Positions 33,274 through 43,273 of a DNA stretch of 64,000 nucleotides are shown piece by piece. The DNA comes from an uncultured Desulfovibrionaceae bacterium (GTDB lineage Bacteria > Bacillota > Dethiobacteria > DTU022 > UBA8154): the NCBI GenBank assembly GCA_964603615.1, contig CAZRVU010000007.1, positions 12,501-76,500 of the forward strand, given 5' to 3'. The stretch's first letter is position 1; every line of letters begins with the position of its first letter. The notes beneath the pieces are model-generated. The model did not search any database. It was not told the DNA's origin and saw only the letters and a program-made list of their open reading frames with translations. The position numbers and the translations under genes were made by a program.

Positions 33274-33828
33274 TTGAGCCAGTTAAGTTTTAAGGTGGGG
33301 ACATCGATGCTAGAGATCGTCCGGGGAGATATAACCCAGCAGGAAACAGAGGCTATCGTTAATGCGGCCAACAAACGTTTGGCTCCTGGCGGAGGTGTTG
33401 CCGGGGCAATTCATCGCGCTGCCGGGCCGGAGTTGTGGGAAGAATGTCAAAAATTAGGTGGCTGTGAGACGGGAGAAGCGAAAATAAGTGCGGGCTACCG
33501 TTTGAAGGCACATCATGTAATCCATACCGTCGGGCCTGTTTATAACAATACCCCCCAAAATGCCGTAGATTTAGAAAATTGCTATCAGCATAGCCTTCGC
33601 CTGGCCAGGGAAAATGGAATAAAAAGCATTGCTTTCCCGGCCATCAGCACCGGGATTTTTGGTTATCCCCTCCAGGCGGCAGCGGAGATTTCTTTGCGGG
33701 TGGTGATAAGCTTTTTACAACAAAACGATCAACCGGAGTTAGTCCGCTTTGTGCTCTTTGGTGCCAATGATTTTCAGGTATATCAGGACACTTTGCAGGG
33801 AATAAGCGGTGAAATAAAAGAAGATTGA
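33274..33828 (+). CDS. Macro domain protein (O-acetyl-ADP-ribose deacetylase / ADP-ribose-binding, YmdB-like)
   Basis: IVRGDITQ...EAIVNAANKRLAPGGGVAGAIHRAAG...HVIHTVGP...AFPAISTGIFGYP motifs. TTG start with AGGAGG 7 nt upstream. Confidence 0.8.
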   Translation: MSQLSFKVGTSMLEIVRGDITQQETEAIVNAANKRLAPGGGVAGAIHRAAGPELWEECQKLGGCETGEAKISAGYRLKAHHVIHTVGPVYNNTPQNAVDLENCYQHSLRLARENGIKSIAFPAISTGIFGYPLQAAAEISLRVVISFLQQNDQPELVRFVLFGANDFQVYQDTLQGISGEIKED

Positions 33829-33913
33829 ATTCGCCATAAAAGGAAAATTTTTTCCTGTGTTAAGTTGGCCCGATCTGCTTGGGGGAGAAATAGGCCCGGA
33901 ACGGAGAAGATAA

Positions 33914-34324
33914 ATGACAAATTGGCTAAAGGTTCCTCTTTCACCTTATTTAGAGCTTTTAGGGGTTAGGGCAGTAGAAGTAAAATATCCCCGTGCCAGG
34001 CTGGCCCTTGACTGGGCAGAAAAACTAACCAACCCGATGGGCACACTGCATGGCGGGATTTTTGGGACAATGGTCGATGCTGTGCTGGGCTGTGTGCTCT
34101 TAAATGCAGAGGACGTGCAGGCTATTGCTACTGTGGAGTTAAAGGTAAACTATTTTAAAGCAGTAACAAAAGGGACAATTGTAGCGGACGGGAAAATAAT
34201 ATACCAAAAAGGTTTAACTGCTTTTGGTCAGACCAACATTTACCTGGAAAAAGAACTAGTAGCGCTAGGTAGCGCGACATATAAACTAACGAAAAAAAAC
34301 AAAGAAAAAATTAGCCGGGTATAA
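33914..34324 (+). CDS. PaaI/YbgC-type hotdog-fold thioesterase
   Basis: 136 aa. NPMGTLHGGIFGTMVDAVLG motif. Confidence 0.7.
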   Translation: MTNWLKVPLSPYLELLGVRAVEVKYPRARLALDWAEKLTNPMGTLHGGIFGTMVDAVLGCVLLNAEDVQAIATVELKVNYFKAVTKGTIVADGKIIYQKGLTAFGQTNIYLEKELVALGSATYKLTKKNKEKISRV

Positions 34325-34433
34325 CGAAGCCCCCGCTTTTATTCATTCTACCCGGGTAATTAAGATGGTGGCTGATTAAGCAAGGGGTAAGGCCTGGCTA
34401 GACCTAGTTCTAAGATTTTAGGAATGAATTTAA

Positions 34434-34661
34434 TGATTCTACTGCCTAAACTTTATTTGCAAGGCGTTCGCTGAAATCAGCATCCCTTCGATTGACAATT
34501 TTTCGCCCGGGCCCGTTGAACGTCCTCTTCAAAAGGCCCTAAAAATGGCGTCATGCCATTTTTGCTTCAAAATTGTGGCGTCTCCATGGGCTGATTTTTA
34601 CAGCTCCCGCCCCAGCAAATTTCGTTTTATGCAGCAGAATGTAATTTTTGCAGTGGAATCA
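34434..34661 (-). mobile_element. Copy 2 (inverted orientation) of the ~228-bp TIR-bounded repeat element. Flanked on both sides by TTTAA / TTAA.
   Basis: Reverse complement aligns to 21948-22175 with ~10 substitutions and 1 indel. Divergence is concentrated at one end. Confidence 0.6.
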
Positions 34662-34662
34662 T

Positions 34663-34953
34663 TTAATGAATAGAAGTTTTAAGATTTTCCATATACAGTT
34701 CTTTTAGTTCTTTCACTTCCAAGAACTTTCCACTGACTTTAACTTCGCCATTAATAGCTATTGCAGGTGTTTCCGGCAGGTTAAGTTTTTCAATTATATC
34801 CTTATTAGTAACCTCATCTAGCGTAAATGTGACCGGAATACCGGCGGTGGCATAGGCTGCCTTTATAGCCAATGCTCTATTTTTTTCCGCATCAGGTTCT
34901 ATAACCGTAATATTAATTGCAATTGACCTCCTTTCCAAATTAAATATTTTCAA
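34663..34953 (-). CDS. Thioredoxin-fold protein of the 'redox-active disulfide protein 2'/Thioredoxin_3 type that lacks the CxxC cysteines. Start codon uncertain.
   Basis: C-terminal ETPAIAINGEVKVSGKFLEVKELKE resembles the MTPAVVVDGEVKVSG-type family. An AGGAGG lies inside the annotated ORF, upstream of an in-frame ATT. Confidence 0.4.
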   Translation of the reverse strand: MKIFNLERRSIAINITVIEPDAEKNRALAIKAAYATAGIPVTFTLDEVTNKDIIEKLNLPETPAIAINGEVKVSGKFLEVKELKELYMENLKTSIH

Positions 34954-35214
34954 GGCGTACCATTTTTGTAATAACGGGAATCAGCCACCATTATCCTAGA
35001 TAGAAAGAGGGATGAAAATATCTCCAGCATACATTTTTGGTCTGGATTTCATTTTAAGCCCTGAAAATAAATTTATCATATTTAAAAATTTGTGTCAAAA
35101 TTAGTTTGCGGGCAGTCTTTTAATGTTTCCTTGTCCCCCCGTGAATTCTTGTTGTTTTTCTATATTTGTTGGTTTATAATATTCTGCATAAAACCATCCC
35201 AAAGGGTGTTACTG

Positions 35215-35622
35215 ATGAAGCCAAAACTCACTTTTTATGACAAAGTATTTATTATTTTACTTCTTTTTTGCAGCCTGGCCGGATTTTTTTTAAATCTTAC
35301 TTTGGAAGCGGCTGGAGAGCAAAAATATATCACGGTGTATGTTAATAACGAGTTAATTCTAGAGCTCTCTTTTAATGAAGAAACGGAAAGAAGGGTTTCT
35401 TTTCCTTTTGGTGAAAACAAAGAACACACTGCTGTTTTGGAGATAAAACAGGGCCGGGTACGCCTGTTGCCGATAGAAGATAAGGCCCTTTGCCCGCGGG
35501 GAATTTGTGCGCATACGGGATGGATTAGCCGCAGTTACCAGAGCATTGTGTGCGTGCCCAACCGGATCATTATCTCTTTCCGCGATAAAAAGCCAGACGG
35601 CGTGGACGGTGTTACCCATTAA
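35215..35622 (+). CDS. Membrane-anchored NusG domain II-like (DUF1312-type) protein
   Basis: N-terminal TM helix, then KYITVYVNNELILELSF...GRVRLLPIEDKALCPRGICAHTGWIS...IVCVPNRIIISF. ATG at 35215. Confidence 0.5.
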   Translation: MKPKLTFYDKVFIILLLFCSLAGFFLNLTLEAAGEQKYITVYVNNELILELSFNEETERRVSFPFGENKEHTAVLEIKQGRVRLLPIEDKALCPRGICAHTGWISRSYQSIVCVPNRIIISFRDKKPDGVDGVTH

Positions 35623-35697
35623 ATTCTTGAAAAATGGTTTATACTCGGATATAATTAGTAAGATTGCTTTAAAAGCACATTTTTAAAGGTGGTTGGG

Positions 35698-36222
35698 ATG
35701 AAGCTATCCATTCGCGATCTGCAAAAGGGTGAAGGAAAATTTTTACCCTATAGCGGAACTTTGGCCTTAAAACAAGATGTAGATCAGGCCCGGCCTTTAT
35801 TAACGATCAATTTGCAAGCTGCTTATATTCCTCCGCGGGTTTTAGTCAAAGGAAAATGGTGGGCCGATTTGCAGGGTGAATGCAGTCGCTGCCTGGAAAA
35901 ATTCAAATACCATTTAGAGGATAATTTTTACGAGGAATTTACACAGTTGCCCGGCGTCTCTACAGAACCGAAAGGGGAGGCCGGCAGGCTGAAGCTGGAA
36001 AAAGGGGAAAAGTTTGTATTCAGGGGAGAAGTCCTTGATTTAAGTGAATACTTTAGGCAGCTTTATTTAATCTTGCAACCCCTAAAACTTTTATGCCGGG
36101 AAGATTGCCAGGGCCTTTGTCCTTTCTGCGGTGCGAACAAAAATAAGGAGCAATGTAGCTGCAGGCAGGAAGAAATTGATCCACGCTGGGCTGCTTTGAG
36201 AGAGTTCAAAAAACAGATTTGA
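35698..36222 (+). CDS. yceD: YceD/DUF177 family protein (large ribosomal subunit accumulation protein), upstream of rpmF
   Basis: CSRCLEKF ... CQGLCPFCGANKNKEQCSC Cys pattern. Conserved position before rpmF. Confidence 0.8.
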   Translation: MKLSIRDLQKGEGKFLPYSGTLALKQDVDQARPLLTINLQAAYIPPRVLVKGKWWADLQGECSRCLEKFKYHLEDNFYEEFTQLPGVSTEPKGEAGRLKLEKGEKFVFRGEVLDLSEYFRQLYLILQPLKLLCREDCQGLCPFCGANKNKEQCSCRQEEIDPRWAALREFKKQI

Positions 36223-36347
36223 TGGCTGCCAGGAAGGTTACTGTTTAAAGCAAATAAGCCCGGGTGCGGTTGCCAGGAAGGGCTTTGGGATTCTTTGCTA
36301 ACGCTTTGTTCAAGGTTATAATTTTCTGGAAAATGGAGGTGTCACCT

Positions 36348-36524
36348 TTGGCAGTACAAAAACGAAGGACGTCGAAAGCTAAAAGAGATAAGCGCAGGGC
36401 CAATTGGAAAGTAGAGATGCCGGGGCTATCAACTTGTCCCCAATGTCATGAGGTTAAATTGCCACACCATATTTGCCCCAATTGTGGGTACTATAAAGGC
36501 AGGGAAGCGTTGAAAGTTAAATAA
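36348..36524 (+). CDS. rpmF: 50S ribosomal protein L32
   Basis: MAVQKRRTSKAKRDKRRANWK... TTG start at 36348 preceded by GGAGGTG. Zn-ribbon CPQC...CPNC. Confidence 0.9.
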   Translation: MAVQKRRTSKAKRDKRRANWKVEMPGLSTCPQCHEVKLPHHICPNCGYYKGREALKVK

Positions 36525-36616
36525 TTGTTTAGTGAAAATGCCCGGGTTGTGCCCCGGAATAGAGCCCGGGGCTATTTTATTTTGGGAATTTTTCGTTTTG
36601 TAGGGGGGATGGGATT

Positions 36617-37630
36617 ATGTTAAGGGTAGCTGTTGATGCTATGGGGGGTGATTATGCGCCTTCGGAGGTGGTTAAAGGGGTCCTTAAAGCTGTTAACAGC
36701 AAGGAGGACCTGCAGGTTTTTCTGGTCGGTTCTACAAAGGAAATCCAGGAAAGTATTGGCCAAGAATTAATTTCGCCCCGGATTAAAATGATCCACACGG
36801 AAGAGGTCATTGCCAATGATGAGGAACCTGGCCTTGCGGTATTTTCTAAACGAAAATCTTCTTTGATTACAGCCATGCAACTGGTTCGCCAGGGAAAGGC
36901 CGATGCAGTGGTTAGCGCGGGGAATACAGGGGCCTTAATGGGTGGCGGGTTGCTTTTTCTGGAAAGAATAAGCGGGATCAAGCGGCCGGCATTGCTGACG
37001 GTTATCCCCGCTTTTAAAGGAACAGGAACAGTTTTACTAGATATAGGTGCCAATATGGATGCCAAGCCGGAACATCTTTGTCATTACGCCCTGATGGGAC
37101 AAATTTATGCCCGGGAGGTGCTGGAAAAGGATCGGCCCCGGGTAGCACTTTTAAATATTGGCAGTGAAGAAAATAAAGGCAACGCCCAGGTCAAAAGTGC
37201 CTATAAAATAATTCAGGCTAATGTGCCTAATTTTATTGGTAACGTGGAAGCCACGGATATTTTTCGTAATAAAGCGGATGTTCTTGTTTGCGACGGTTTT
37301 ACGGGCAATGTCCTTTTAAAAACCATTGAGGGTTTATCCAGCGATCTGTTTGCTTTTTTATACCAGGAAATAAATAAAGATCCAGAAGCACGGACTGCTC
37401 TAGCTGCAATCCGCCCGGCCATGCAAAAAGCACAGTCTGCACTCGATGAGTCGGAACACGGGGGAAGCTTGTTGATTGGTGTAAAAGGCGCTTGTTTCAA
37501 ATGTCATGGTTCCTCGAAAGAAAAGGCAATCAAACAGGCCATCCTCAAACAGGTTTATCCTTTTATCAGCAAAAACACCAACCAAAAAATTGAGGAAGCT
37601 TTGCAGCAGGGATCTGCTAACATACGCTGA
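36617..37630 (+). CDS. plsX: Phosphate acyltransferase PlsX
   Basis: MLRVAVDAMGGDYAP N-terminus. 337 aa. Confidence 0.9.
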   Translation: MLRVAVDAMGGDYAPSEVVKGVLKAVNSKEDLQVFLVGSTKEIQESIGQELISPRIKMIHTEEVIANDEEPGLAVFSKRKSSLITAMQLVRQGKADAVVSAGNTGALMGGGLLFLERISGIKRPALLTVIPAFKGTGTVLLDIGANMDAKPEHLCHYALMGQIYAREVLEKDRPRVALLNIGSEENKGNAQVKSAYKIIQANVPNFIGNVEATDIFRNKADVLVCDGFTGNVLLKTIEGLSSDLFAFLYQEINKDPEARTALAAIRPAMQKAQSALDESEHGGSLLIGVKGACFKCHGSSKEKAIKQAILKQVYPFISKNTNQKIEEALQQGSANIR

Positions 37631-37643
37631 GAGGAGTGGCTTT

Positions 37644-38633
37644 ATGACGTCCCAGGGAACGGTGGGGATTGTTTCGACAGGCAGGGCTTTGCCTGTGGGC
37701 CATGTTACGAACTCGGATCTGGAAGAGACCGTTGAAACTAGCGAGAAATGGATAAAAACCAGAACGGGAATTGGAACAAGGCGGATCATCAGCAATGATG
37801 AAACTTGTTCGGGGTTGGCGGCAACAGCCGCTAAAATAGCTTTAGAAAGAGCTGCCTTGAGGCCGGAGGATGTTAATTTGCTGATCGTGGCTACGGTTAC
37901 GCCGGATCAACCCCTGCCTTCGGCAGCTTGTTTGGTGCAGGCCAGGCTTAATGCTTGTAACGCTGCTGCTTTTGATTTGGCTGCGGGGTGTACCGGTTTT
38001 TTATACGGGATGAATGTGGCCGAACAGTTTATAAAAAATGGAACCCTAAAAAATGCCTTGCTCATTGGTGTGGACATTCTCTCCCCTATCGTTGACTGGC
38101 AGGATCGCAACACCTGCGTACTCTTCGGCGATGGCGCCGGGGCGGTAGTCTTAACCGCAGCACAAGATGGACGGGGGATCTTGGCTAGCAAGATGTTTGC
38201 GGACGGCCATAAAGCGGGGCTGTTATATGTCCCCGGCGGGGGTAGCCGTTTTCCGGCTAATTTGTGGACGGTTAAAGAACGCCTGCACTATATTAAAATG
38301 AACGGACCGGAGATCTTTAAATTTGCTGTAAATGTGCTGGTGGATTCTACGCTGGAGGTTTTAGGCATGTGCAATAAAACGTCTGGCGATTTGGATTACT
38401 TGGTGCCACATCAAGCTAATATTCGCATCATAAATTTTGCTGCGAAAAGATTAGGTTTAAAGCCGGAACAGGTGCTGGTGAATATTTTTCATTACGGCAA
38501 TACGTCTTCGGCTTCCATCCCCATACTTTTGGATGAGGCTGTGGAGCAAGGAAAAATTGATGAAGGCGATTTGCTGGCGCTGGTTTCATTTGGTGCGGGC
38601 CTGACCTGGGGTGCAACAGTTTTGAAATGGTAA
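37644..38633 (+). CDS. fabH: 3-oxoacyl-ACP synthase III
   Basis: Active-site Cys in AAGCTGFLYG and the HQAN/GNTSSAS motifs. ATG at 37644 preceded by GAGGAG. Confidence 0.9.
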   Translation: MTSQGTVGIVSTGRALPVGHVTNSDLEETVETSEKWIKTRTGIGTRRIISNDETCSGLAATAAKIALERAALRPEDVNLLIVATVTPDQPLPSAACLVQARLNACNAAAFDLAAGCTGFLYGMNVAEQFIKNGTLKNALLIGVDILSPIVDWQDRNTCVLFGDGAGAVVLTAAQDGRGILASKMFADGHKAGLLYVPGGGSRFPANLWTVKERLHYIKMNGPEIFKFAVNVLVDSTLEVLGMCNKTSGDLDYLVPHQANIRIINFAAKRLGLKPEQVLVNIFHYGNTSSASIPILLDEAVEQGKIDEGDLLALVSFGAGLTWGATVLKW

Positions 38634-38654
38634 GGCAGGGGGGAATAAGATAAG

Positions 38655-39590
38655 ATGGCCAAATGTGCTTTCCTTTTTCCCGGACAAGGTGCACAGTATG
38701 TGGGTATGGGTCAGGATCTGGCCACAAATTATCCTGTAGCTGCAGCCGTATTTCGTGAAGCGGATGAAGTGCTAGGTTTCGAGCTGAGCCAAATAATTTT
38801 TGCTGGTGAAGAAGATGAACTGCGTAAAACGGAGATAACCCAGCCAGCAGTTTTAACCGCAAGTATTGCTGTATTATCTGTATTGCGGGAAAAGGGTCTG
38901 GTGCCGGATGCGGTAGCGGGCCTAAGTCTTGGTGAATATAGTGCCCTGGTTTGTGCCGGTGTTCTTAGTTTTCGCGAGGCGCTTCTGTTAGTCTACAAAA
39001 GGGCCCAATTTATGCAGGAAGTTGTGCCCCTGGGTGTAGGGAAAATGGCGGCTATTTTGGGCCTGGCACCGGAACAAGTAGAGTCGCTTTGTACAGAAAG
39101 TCTTTCCCTTGGACATGTGGAAGCGGCAAATTATAACTGCCCGGGTCAAATCGTCGTTGCCGGGCACAGGGAAGCAGTAGAAGAAGTATGCCGCCGGGCA
39201 AGACGAGTTAAAGCACGTGCCATTATGCTTTCTGTAAGCGTACCTTTTCATTGCCGCCTGTTGCTGCCGGTGGAAGAAAAAATGGCTTTACTTTTGAATA
39301 ACAATTCTTTTAAGAAACCGGCTGTTTCTTTTGTGGCCAATATCACAGCCAATTATCTAAGTGAGCCGGAAAAAATCAAAAAATCGTTGTTAGAGCAATC
39401 CCACAGCCCGGTTTTTTGGGAGGATTCCATGCGACTTTTGCTCCGGGATGGCTACGATTTTTTTATTGAGGTTGGACCTGGAAGGGTCTTGACGGGATTC
39501 ATGAAAAAGATTGATTCCGGTGTGAAGGCGATACATGTCGAAGATCGAACGACTCTGGCCAGAATGTTAAAGCTCTGGGAGGAGGAATGA
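38655..39590 (+). CDS. fabD: Malonyl CoA-ACP transacylase
   Basis: FLFPGQGAQYVGMG and GLSLGEYSAL motifs. Confidence 0.9.
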   Translation: MAKCAFLFPGQGAQYVGMGQDLATNYPVAAAVFREADEVLGFELSQIIFAGEEDELRKTEITQPAVLTASIAVLSVLREKGLVPDAVAGLSLGEYSALVCAGVLSFREALLLVYKRAQFMQEVVPLGVGKMAAILGLAPEQVESLCTESLSLGHVEAANYNCPGQIVVAGHREAVEEVCRRARRVKARAIMLSVSVPFHCRLLLPVEEKMALLLNNNSFKKPAVSFVANITANYLSEPEKIKKSLLEQSHSPVFWEDSMRLLLRDGYDFFIEVGPGRVLTGFMKKIDSGVKAIHVEDRTTLARMLKLWEEE

Positions 39591-40336
39591 ACTTGGGTTT
39601 ACAGGGAAAAGTAGCTTTGGTCACCGGTGGCTCAGGAGGGATTGGTGCGGCGGTGGTCCTTGCCCTCGCCCGGGCCGGGGCGGCGGTAGTTATAAACTAT
39701 CACCGGCAAAAAGAGGCTGCGGCGGAAGTTCTGCGGGAGGTAGAGTCGTGTGGTGGCAGGGGCTTGCTTTATCAGGCAGATGTTACCCGGTTGGAAGACT
39801 GTGAAAAGATGATGAAGGTGACGCTTGATCATTTTGGTAGAATTGATATACTAATAAATAATGCGGGAATACGGCGGGACAATTTGCTTGTCCTTATGAA
39901 AACGGAAGACTGGGAAGCGGTAACGGATACCAATCTTAAAGGAGTTTTTAATTGTTGTAAGGCTATTTTAAGACCATTATTAAAGCAAAAAAGTGGTGGT
40001 AAAATAATTAATATTTCCTCCGTGGCTGGTATTACTGGCAACAGCGGGCAGACAAACTATGCCGCAGCCAAAGCCGGGGTGATTGCTTTTACCAAATCAC
40101 TGGCTATGGAAATGGGCAAAAGGGGTATTACGGTCAATGCGGTGGCGCCCGGCCTGATTGAAACGAAAATGACTGCAGAGTTACCGCAGCATCTGAAGGA
40201 TACGATTTTACCTCAGATTGCCTTGCAAAGATTTGGCAAGCCGGAAGAAGTTGCCGAAGCAGTTTTATTTTTAGCTCAAAGTGCTCACTATATTACCGGT
40301 TCTGTTATTGTCGTCGACGGGGGCCTTAGGTTTTAA
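39587..40336 (+). CDS. fabG: 3-oxoacyl-ACP reductase
   Basis: SDR with TGGSGGIG and NYAAAKAG motifs. Confidence 0.9.
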   Translation: MNLGLQGKVALVTGGSGGIGAAVVLALARAGAAVVINYHRQKEAAAEVLREVESCGGRGLLYQADVTRLEDCEKMMKVTLDHFGRIDILINNAGIRRDNLLVLMKTEDWEAVTDTNLKGVFNCCKAILRPLLKQKSGGKIINISSVAGITGNSGQTNYAAAKAGVIAFTKSLAMEMGKRGITVNAVAPGLIETKMTAELPQHLKDTILPQIALQRFGKPEEVAEAVLFLAQSAHYITGSVIVVDGGLRF

Positions 40337-40379
40337 GATTATTTTCACATTTGAAGATGTTGGAGGGAGGTGAGCACGG

Positions 40380-40607
40380 TTGGATATTTTCGAAAAGGTA
40401 AGATCTTTAATTGCTGAACAGCTCGATATCGATGAAGAGGAGATAAACCCCAAAACCACCTTCGAAGATCTTGATGCTGACTCCTTGGATGTCGTTGAAC
40501 TGGTCATGGCTTTGGAAGAAGAATTTGACCTGGAGATATCCGATGAAGCTGTGGAGAACATCAAAACAGTGGCTGATATAATCGATTACATAGAAAAAAG
40601 TGTCTAA
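40380..40607 (+). CDS. acpP: Acyl carrier protein
   Basis: [20 protein letters not shown] phosphopantetheine-Ser motif. Confidence 0.9.
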   Translation: MDIFEKVRSLIAEQLDIDEEEINPKTTFEDLDADSLDVVELVMALEEEFDLEISDEAVENIKTVADIIDYIEKSV

Positions 40608-40678
40608 AAGCCTTCAATGAATAAACAGGCCCTGCTTTTTGCAGGGCTTCAAATTGGTCTTAGAGATGTTATTACGAG

Positions 40679-41938
40679 GTGAAATATGTGGTTGGCCATA
40701 AAGTAGTAATTACTGGTCTAGGTGTGGTAACGCCAATTGGCATTGGGAAAAAGGAATTTTGGGGCAACCTGGAAAATGGGCAAAGCGGCGTGCATATAGT
40801 TCCACATTTTCGAGGGTTTCCCACTTATATTGCCGCGGTAATTGAGGATTTTCAGCCCCAACAGTATATGGAAAAAAGAGATGTTAGAAAAACGGATCGC
40901 TTCACCCAGTTTGCCTATACGGCGGCACAGGGGGCCATCGAAGATGCCCGCCTTGATTTTTCCTGTGAGGATAAAGAGAAAATAGGTGTAATTATTGGGA
41001 CAGGTATTGGCGGGCTAGATACGATTGAAAAACAATATAAGATCCTTTTGGAAAAAGGGCCCCGCCGGATTAGTCCTTTTCTTGTGCCGATGCTCATTGC
41101 TAATATGGCTTCCGGTTATATTTCAATTGCACATGGTCTGCAAGGCCCCAACCTGACTACCGTTACTGCCTGCGCGAGCGGATCACATGCGATTGGAGAG
41201 GCTTTTCGTGTCTTACAGAGAGGCGAAGCCGAGGTGATGATTGCCGGCGGTGCAGAAGCCCCGGTTACTTCGATAGCTTTCGCCGGTTTCTGTGCTGCCA
41301 GGGCTATGTCTACCCGCAACGAGCACCCTGCCAGGGCTTCCCGTCCTTTTGATTTAAAACGTGATGGTTTTGTTATGGGGGAGGGTGCAGGGATCTTGGT
41401 TCTGGAAACATTGGAACATGCACTGGCACGCAATGCTTCTATCTATGCCGAAATTGTAGGTTATGGTATGTCGGGCGACGGTTATCATATTACGGCACCA
41501 GATCCAGAGGGCCAAGGTGCTTATCTTTGTATGCAGAAGGCCTTGCTTGATGCCGGTTTTCCGACTTCTGCTGTAGATTATATCAACGCGCACGGCACCT
41601 CCACGGAACATAATGATAAAATTGAGACCCTGGCGATCAAAAAGCTTTTCGGGGAGGATGCTTACCGTCTGCCTATCAGTTCTACTAAATCGATGATTGG
41701 GCACCTTTTAGGGGCTGCCGGCGGGGTAGAGATGATCGCCATTCTATTAAGCATGCAGTATGGCCTAATTCCCCCTACGATTAACTATGAATATCCCGAT
41801 CCAGAATGTGATTTAAATTATGTTCCTAATAAAGCAATCCAAAAAGAAATAAATGTGGCCATGTCCAATTCCTTTGGCTTTGGGGGTACCAATGCCTGTT
41901 TAGTTGTTAAAAGGTTTAATTACGGGGAAGGAGATTGA
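40679..41938 (+). CDS. fabF: 3-oxoacyl-ACP synthase II
   Basis: KAS I/II with the Cys-His-His triad motifs (ACASGSHAIG, NAHGTST, GHLLGAAG). Confidence 0.9.
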   Translation: MKYVVGHKVVITGLGVVTPIGIGKKEFWGNLENGQSGVHIVPHFRGFPTYIAAVIEDFQPQQYMEKRDVRKTDRFTQFAYTAAQGAIEDARLDFSCEDKEKIGVIIGTGIGGLDTIEKQYKILLEKGPRRISPFLVPMLIANMASGYISIAHGLQGPNLTTVTACASGSHAIGEAFRVLQRGEAEVMIAGGAEAPVTSIAFAGFCAARAMSTRNEHPARASRPFDLKRDGFVMGEGAGILVLETLEHALARNASIYAEIVGYGMSGDGYHITAPDPEGQGAYLCMQKALLDAGFPTSAVDYINAHGTSTEHNDKIETLAIKKLFGEDAYRLPISSTKSMIGHLLGAAGGVEMIAILLSMQYGLIPPTINYEYPDPECDLNYVPNKAIQKEINVAMSNSFGFGGTNACLVVKRFNYGEGD

Positions 41939-42704
41939 CGCTACGATTTTATCACAAAAAAGTGAGCAGTTATCGGCACTGCTTCATTGGCCAGTAAAAA
42001 ATAAGGGGTTTTTTCAAGAGGCGTTAACACATTCATCTTATGCTTACGAATCTGGTCTTCATAGCAATGAACGCCTCGAATACTTGGGCGATGCAGTGCT
42101 CGAACTTGTAATTTCAGAATATTTTTTTAAACTATTTCCCTCTTACCCGGAGGGGAAATTGACACTGATGCGGCATAATGCTGTCAATGAAAAAGCTTTG
42201 GCGCAAATAGCTAGAAGCATAAATCTTGGTGCCTACCTGCAGTTGGGCAAAGGGGAACACATAAGCGGTGGTGCAGAAAAACCCTCTTTATTAGCCGGTG
42301 CCCTGGAGGCACTGGTTGGCGCCTTGTTTTTAGACCAGGGTTATGTAAAAGCATGGCCTCTAATCATTGCTCTTTTTAAACCGGTTTTGGAGATGATCGG
42401 GCAGGGAGAAAAGTCTCTTTTGGATTATAAGACCATGTTACAGGAAATGTGTCAATCTAAATTCGCGAAACTGCCTGTTTATAAAATAACATCAGAATAT
42501 GGGCCTTCCCACGCACGTACTTTTCAAGCAGAGGTGAAAATAGAGAATAAAATTGTAGGCAGGGGGGAAGGGAAAAGTAAAAAAGAAGCTGAACAATTGG
42601 CAGCCAAGACAGCCTGGGAAACGCAAAAGGGGACCAACAACCATTTAAAGGAATTGCAGGGGAATGTTGCCATGAATTCGAATAAAGACATTGACAGGAA
42701 ATAA
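41904..42704 (+). CDS. rnc: Ribonuclease III (true start possibly internal)
   Basis: ALTHSSYA...ERLEYLGDAVLELV catalytic signature and a C-terminal dsRBD. Overlaps the fabF 3' end. Confidence 0.85.
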   Translation: MLKGLITGKEIDATILSQKSEQLSALLHWPVKNKGFFQEALTHSSYAYESGLHSNERLEYLGDAVLELVISEYFFKLFPSYPEGKLTLMRHNAVNEKALAQIARSINLGAYLQLGKGEHISGGAEKPSLLAGALEALVGALFLDQGYVKAWPLIIALFKPVLEMIGQGEKSLLDYKTMLQEMCQSKFAKLPVYKITSEYGPSHARTFQAEVKIENKIVGRGEGKSKKEAEQLAAKTAWETQKGTNNHLKELQGNVAMNSNKDIDRK

Positions 42705-42729
42705 AAGGCAAAAGGGGGAGGCACTTTCT

Positions 42730-42990
42730 ATGAAATTGCTCAAGGTATCTGCTCAATCTAACCCTAAGTCAGTTGCGGGGGCATTAGCGGCGGTGATCAG
42801 GGAAAAAGGCATGGCAGAGATACAGGCTGTGGGCGCCGGGGCTGTCAATCAGGCGATCAAAGCTATTGCTATTGCACGGGGTTATGTTGCTCCTAATGGT
42901 GTAGATTTAATTACAATTCCTGCTTTTGTGGAGATTACTATAGACCAGGAAGAGAGAACGGCTATAAAATTTATTGTTGAACCACGTTAA
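42730..42990 (+). CDS. spoVS: Stage V sporulation protein S
   Basis: MKLLKVSAQSNPKSVAGALAAVIREKG...AIKAIAIARGY: highly conserved 86-aa SpoVS. Confidence 0.9.
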   Translation: MKLLKVSAQSNPKSVAGALAAVIREKGMAEIQAVGAGAVNQAIKAIAIARGYVAPNGVDLITIPAFVEITIDQEERTAIKFIVEPR

Positions 42991-43007
42991 AAAATAAAAG
43001 TCATCAA

Positions 43008-43034
43008 CCTGCCCCCTCAAGGCAGGTTTTTTTT
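43008..43034 (+). terminator. Rho-independent terminator after spoVS (CCTGCC-ccctcaa-GGCAGG + T8)
   Basis: Perfect stem plus a U-tract, seen in sequence. Confidence 0.8.
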
Positions 43035-43273
43035 AAGGACTCCCCGGTTTTCGGGTGAACGATAGATGCAACGGATACTGCAGGGTTTTCTTTAAAAGTT
43101 TCCCCGGTTTTTGGGTGACGGGACAGGGTGGGTTTTCGTGATGCTCCAAGGGTGGCACAAGTAGAAGGTTGATCATAATTTTCCTATGAGCGGGACCCTC
43201 CTTTCTTACACTGTTTAAGAGGTTTCCTAATCTAGTTTCATTGTTACAAAGTTTTAATTTGAAGGTGATTTGC

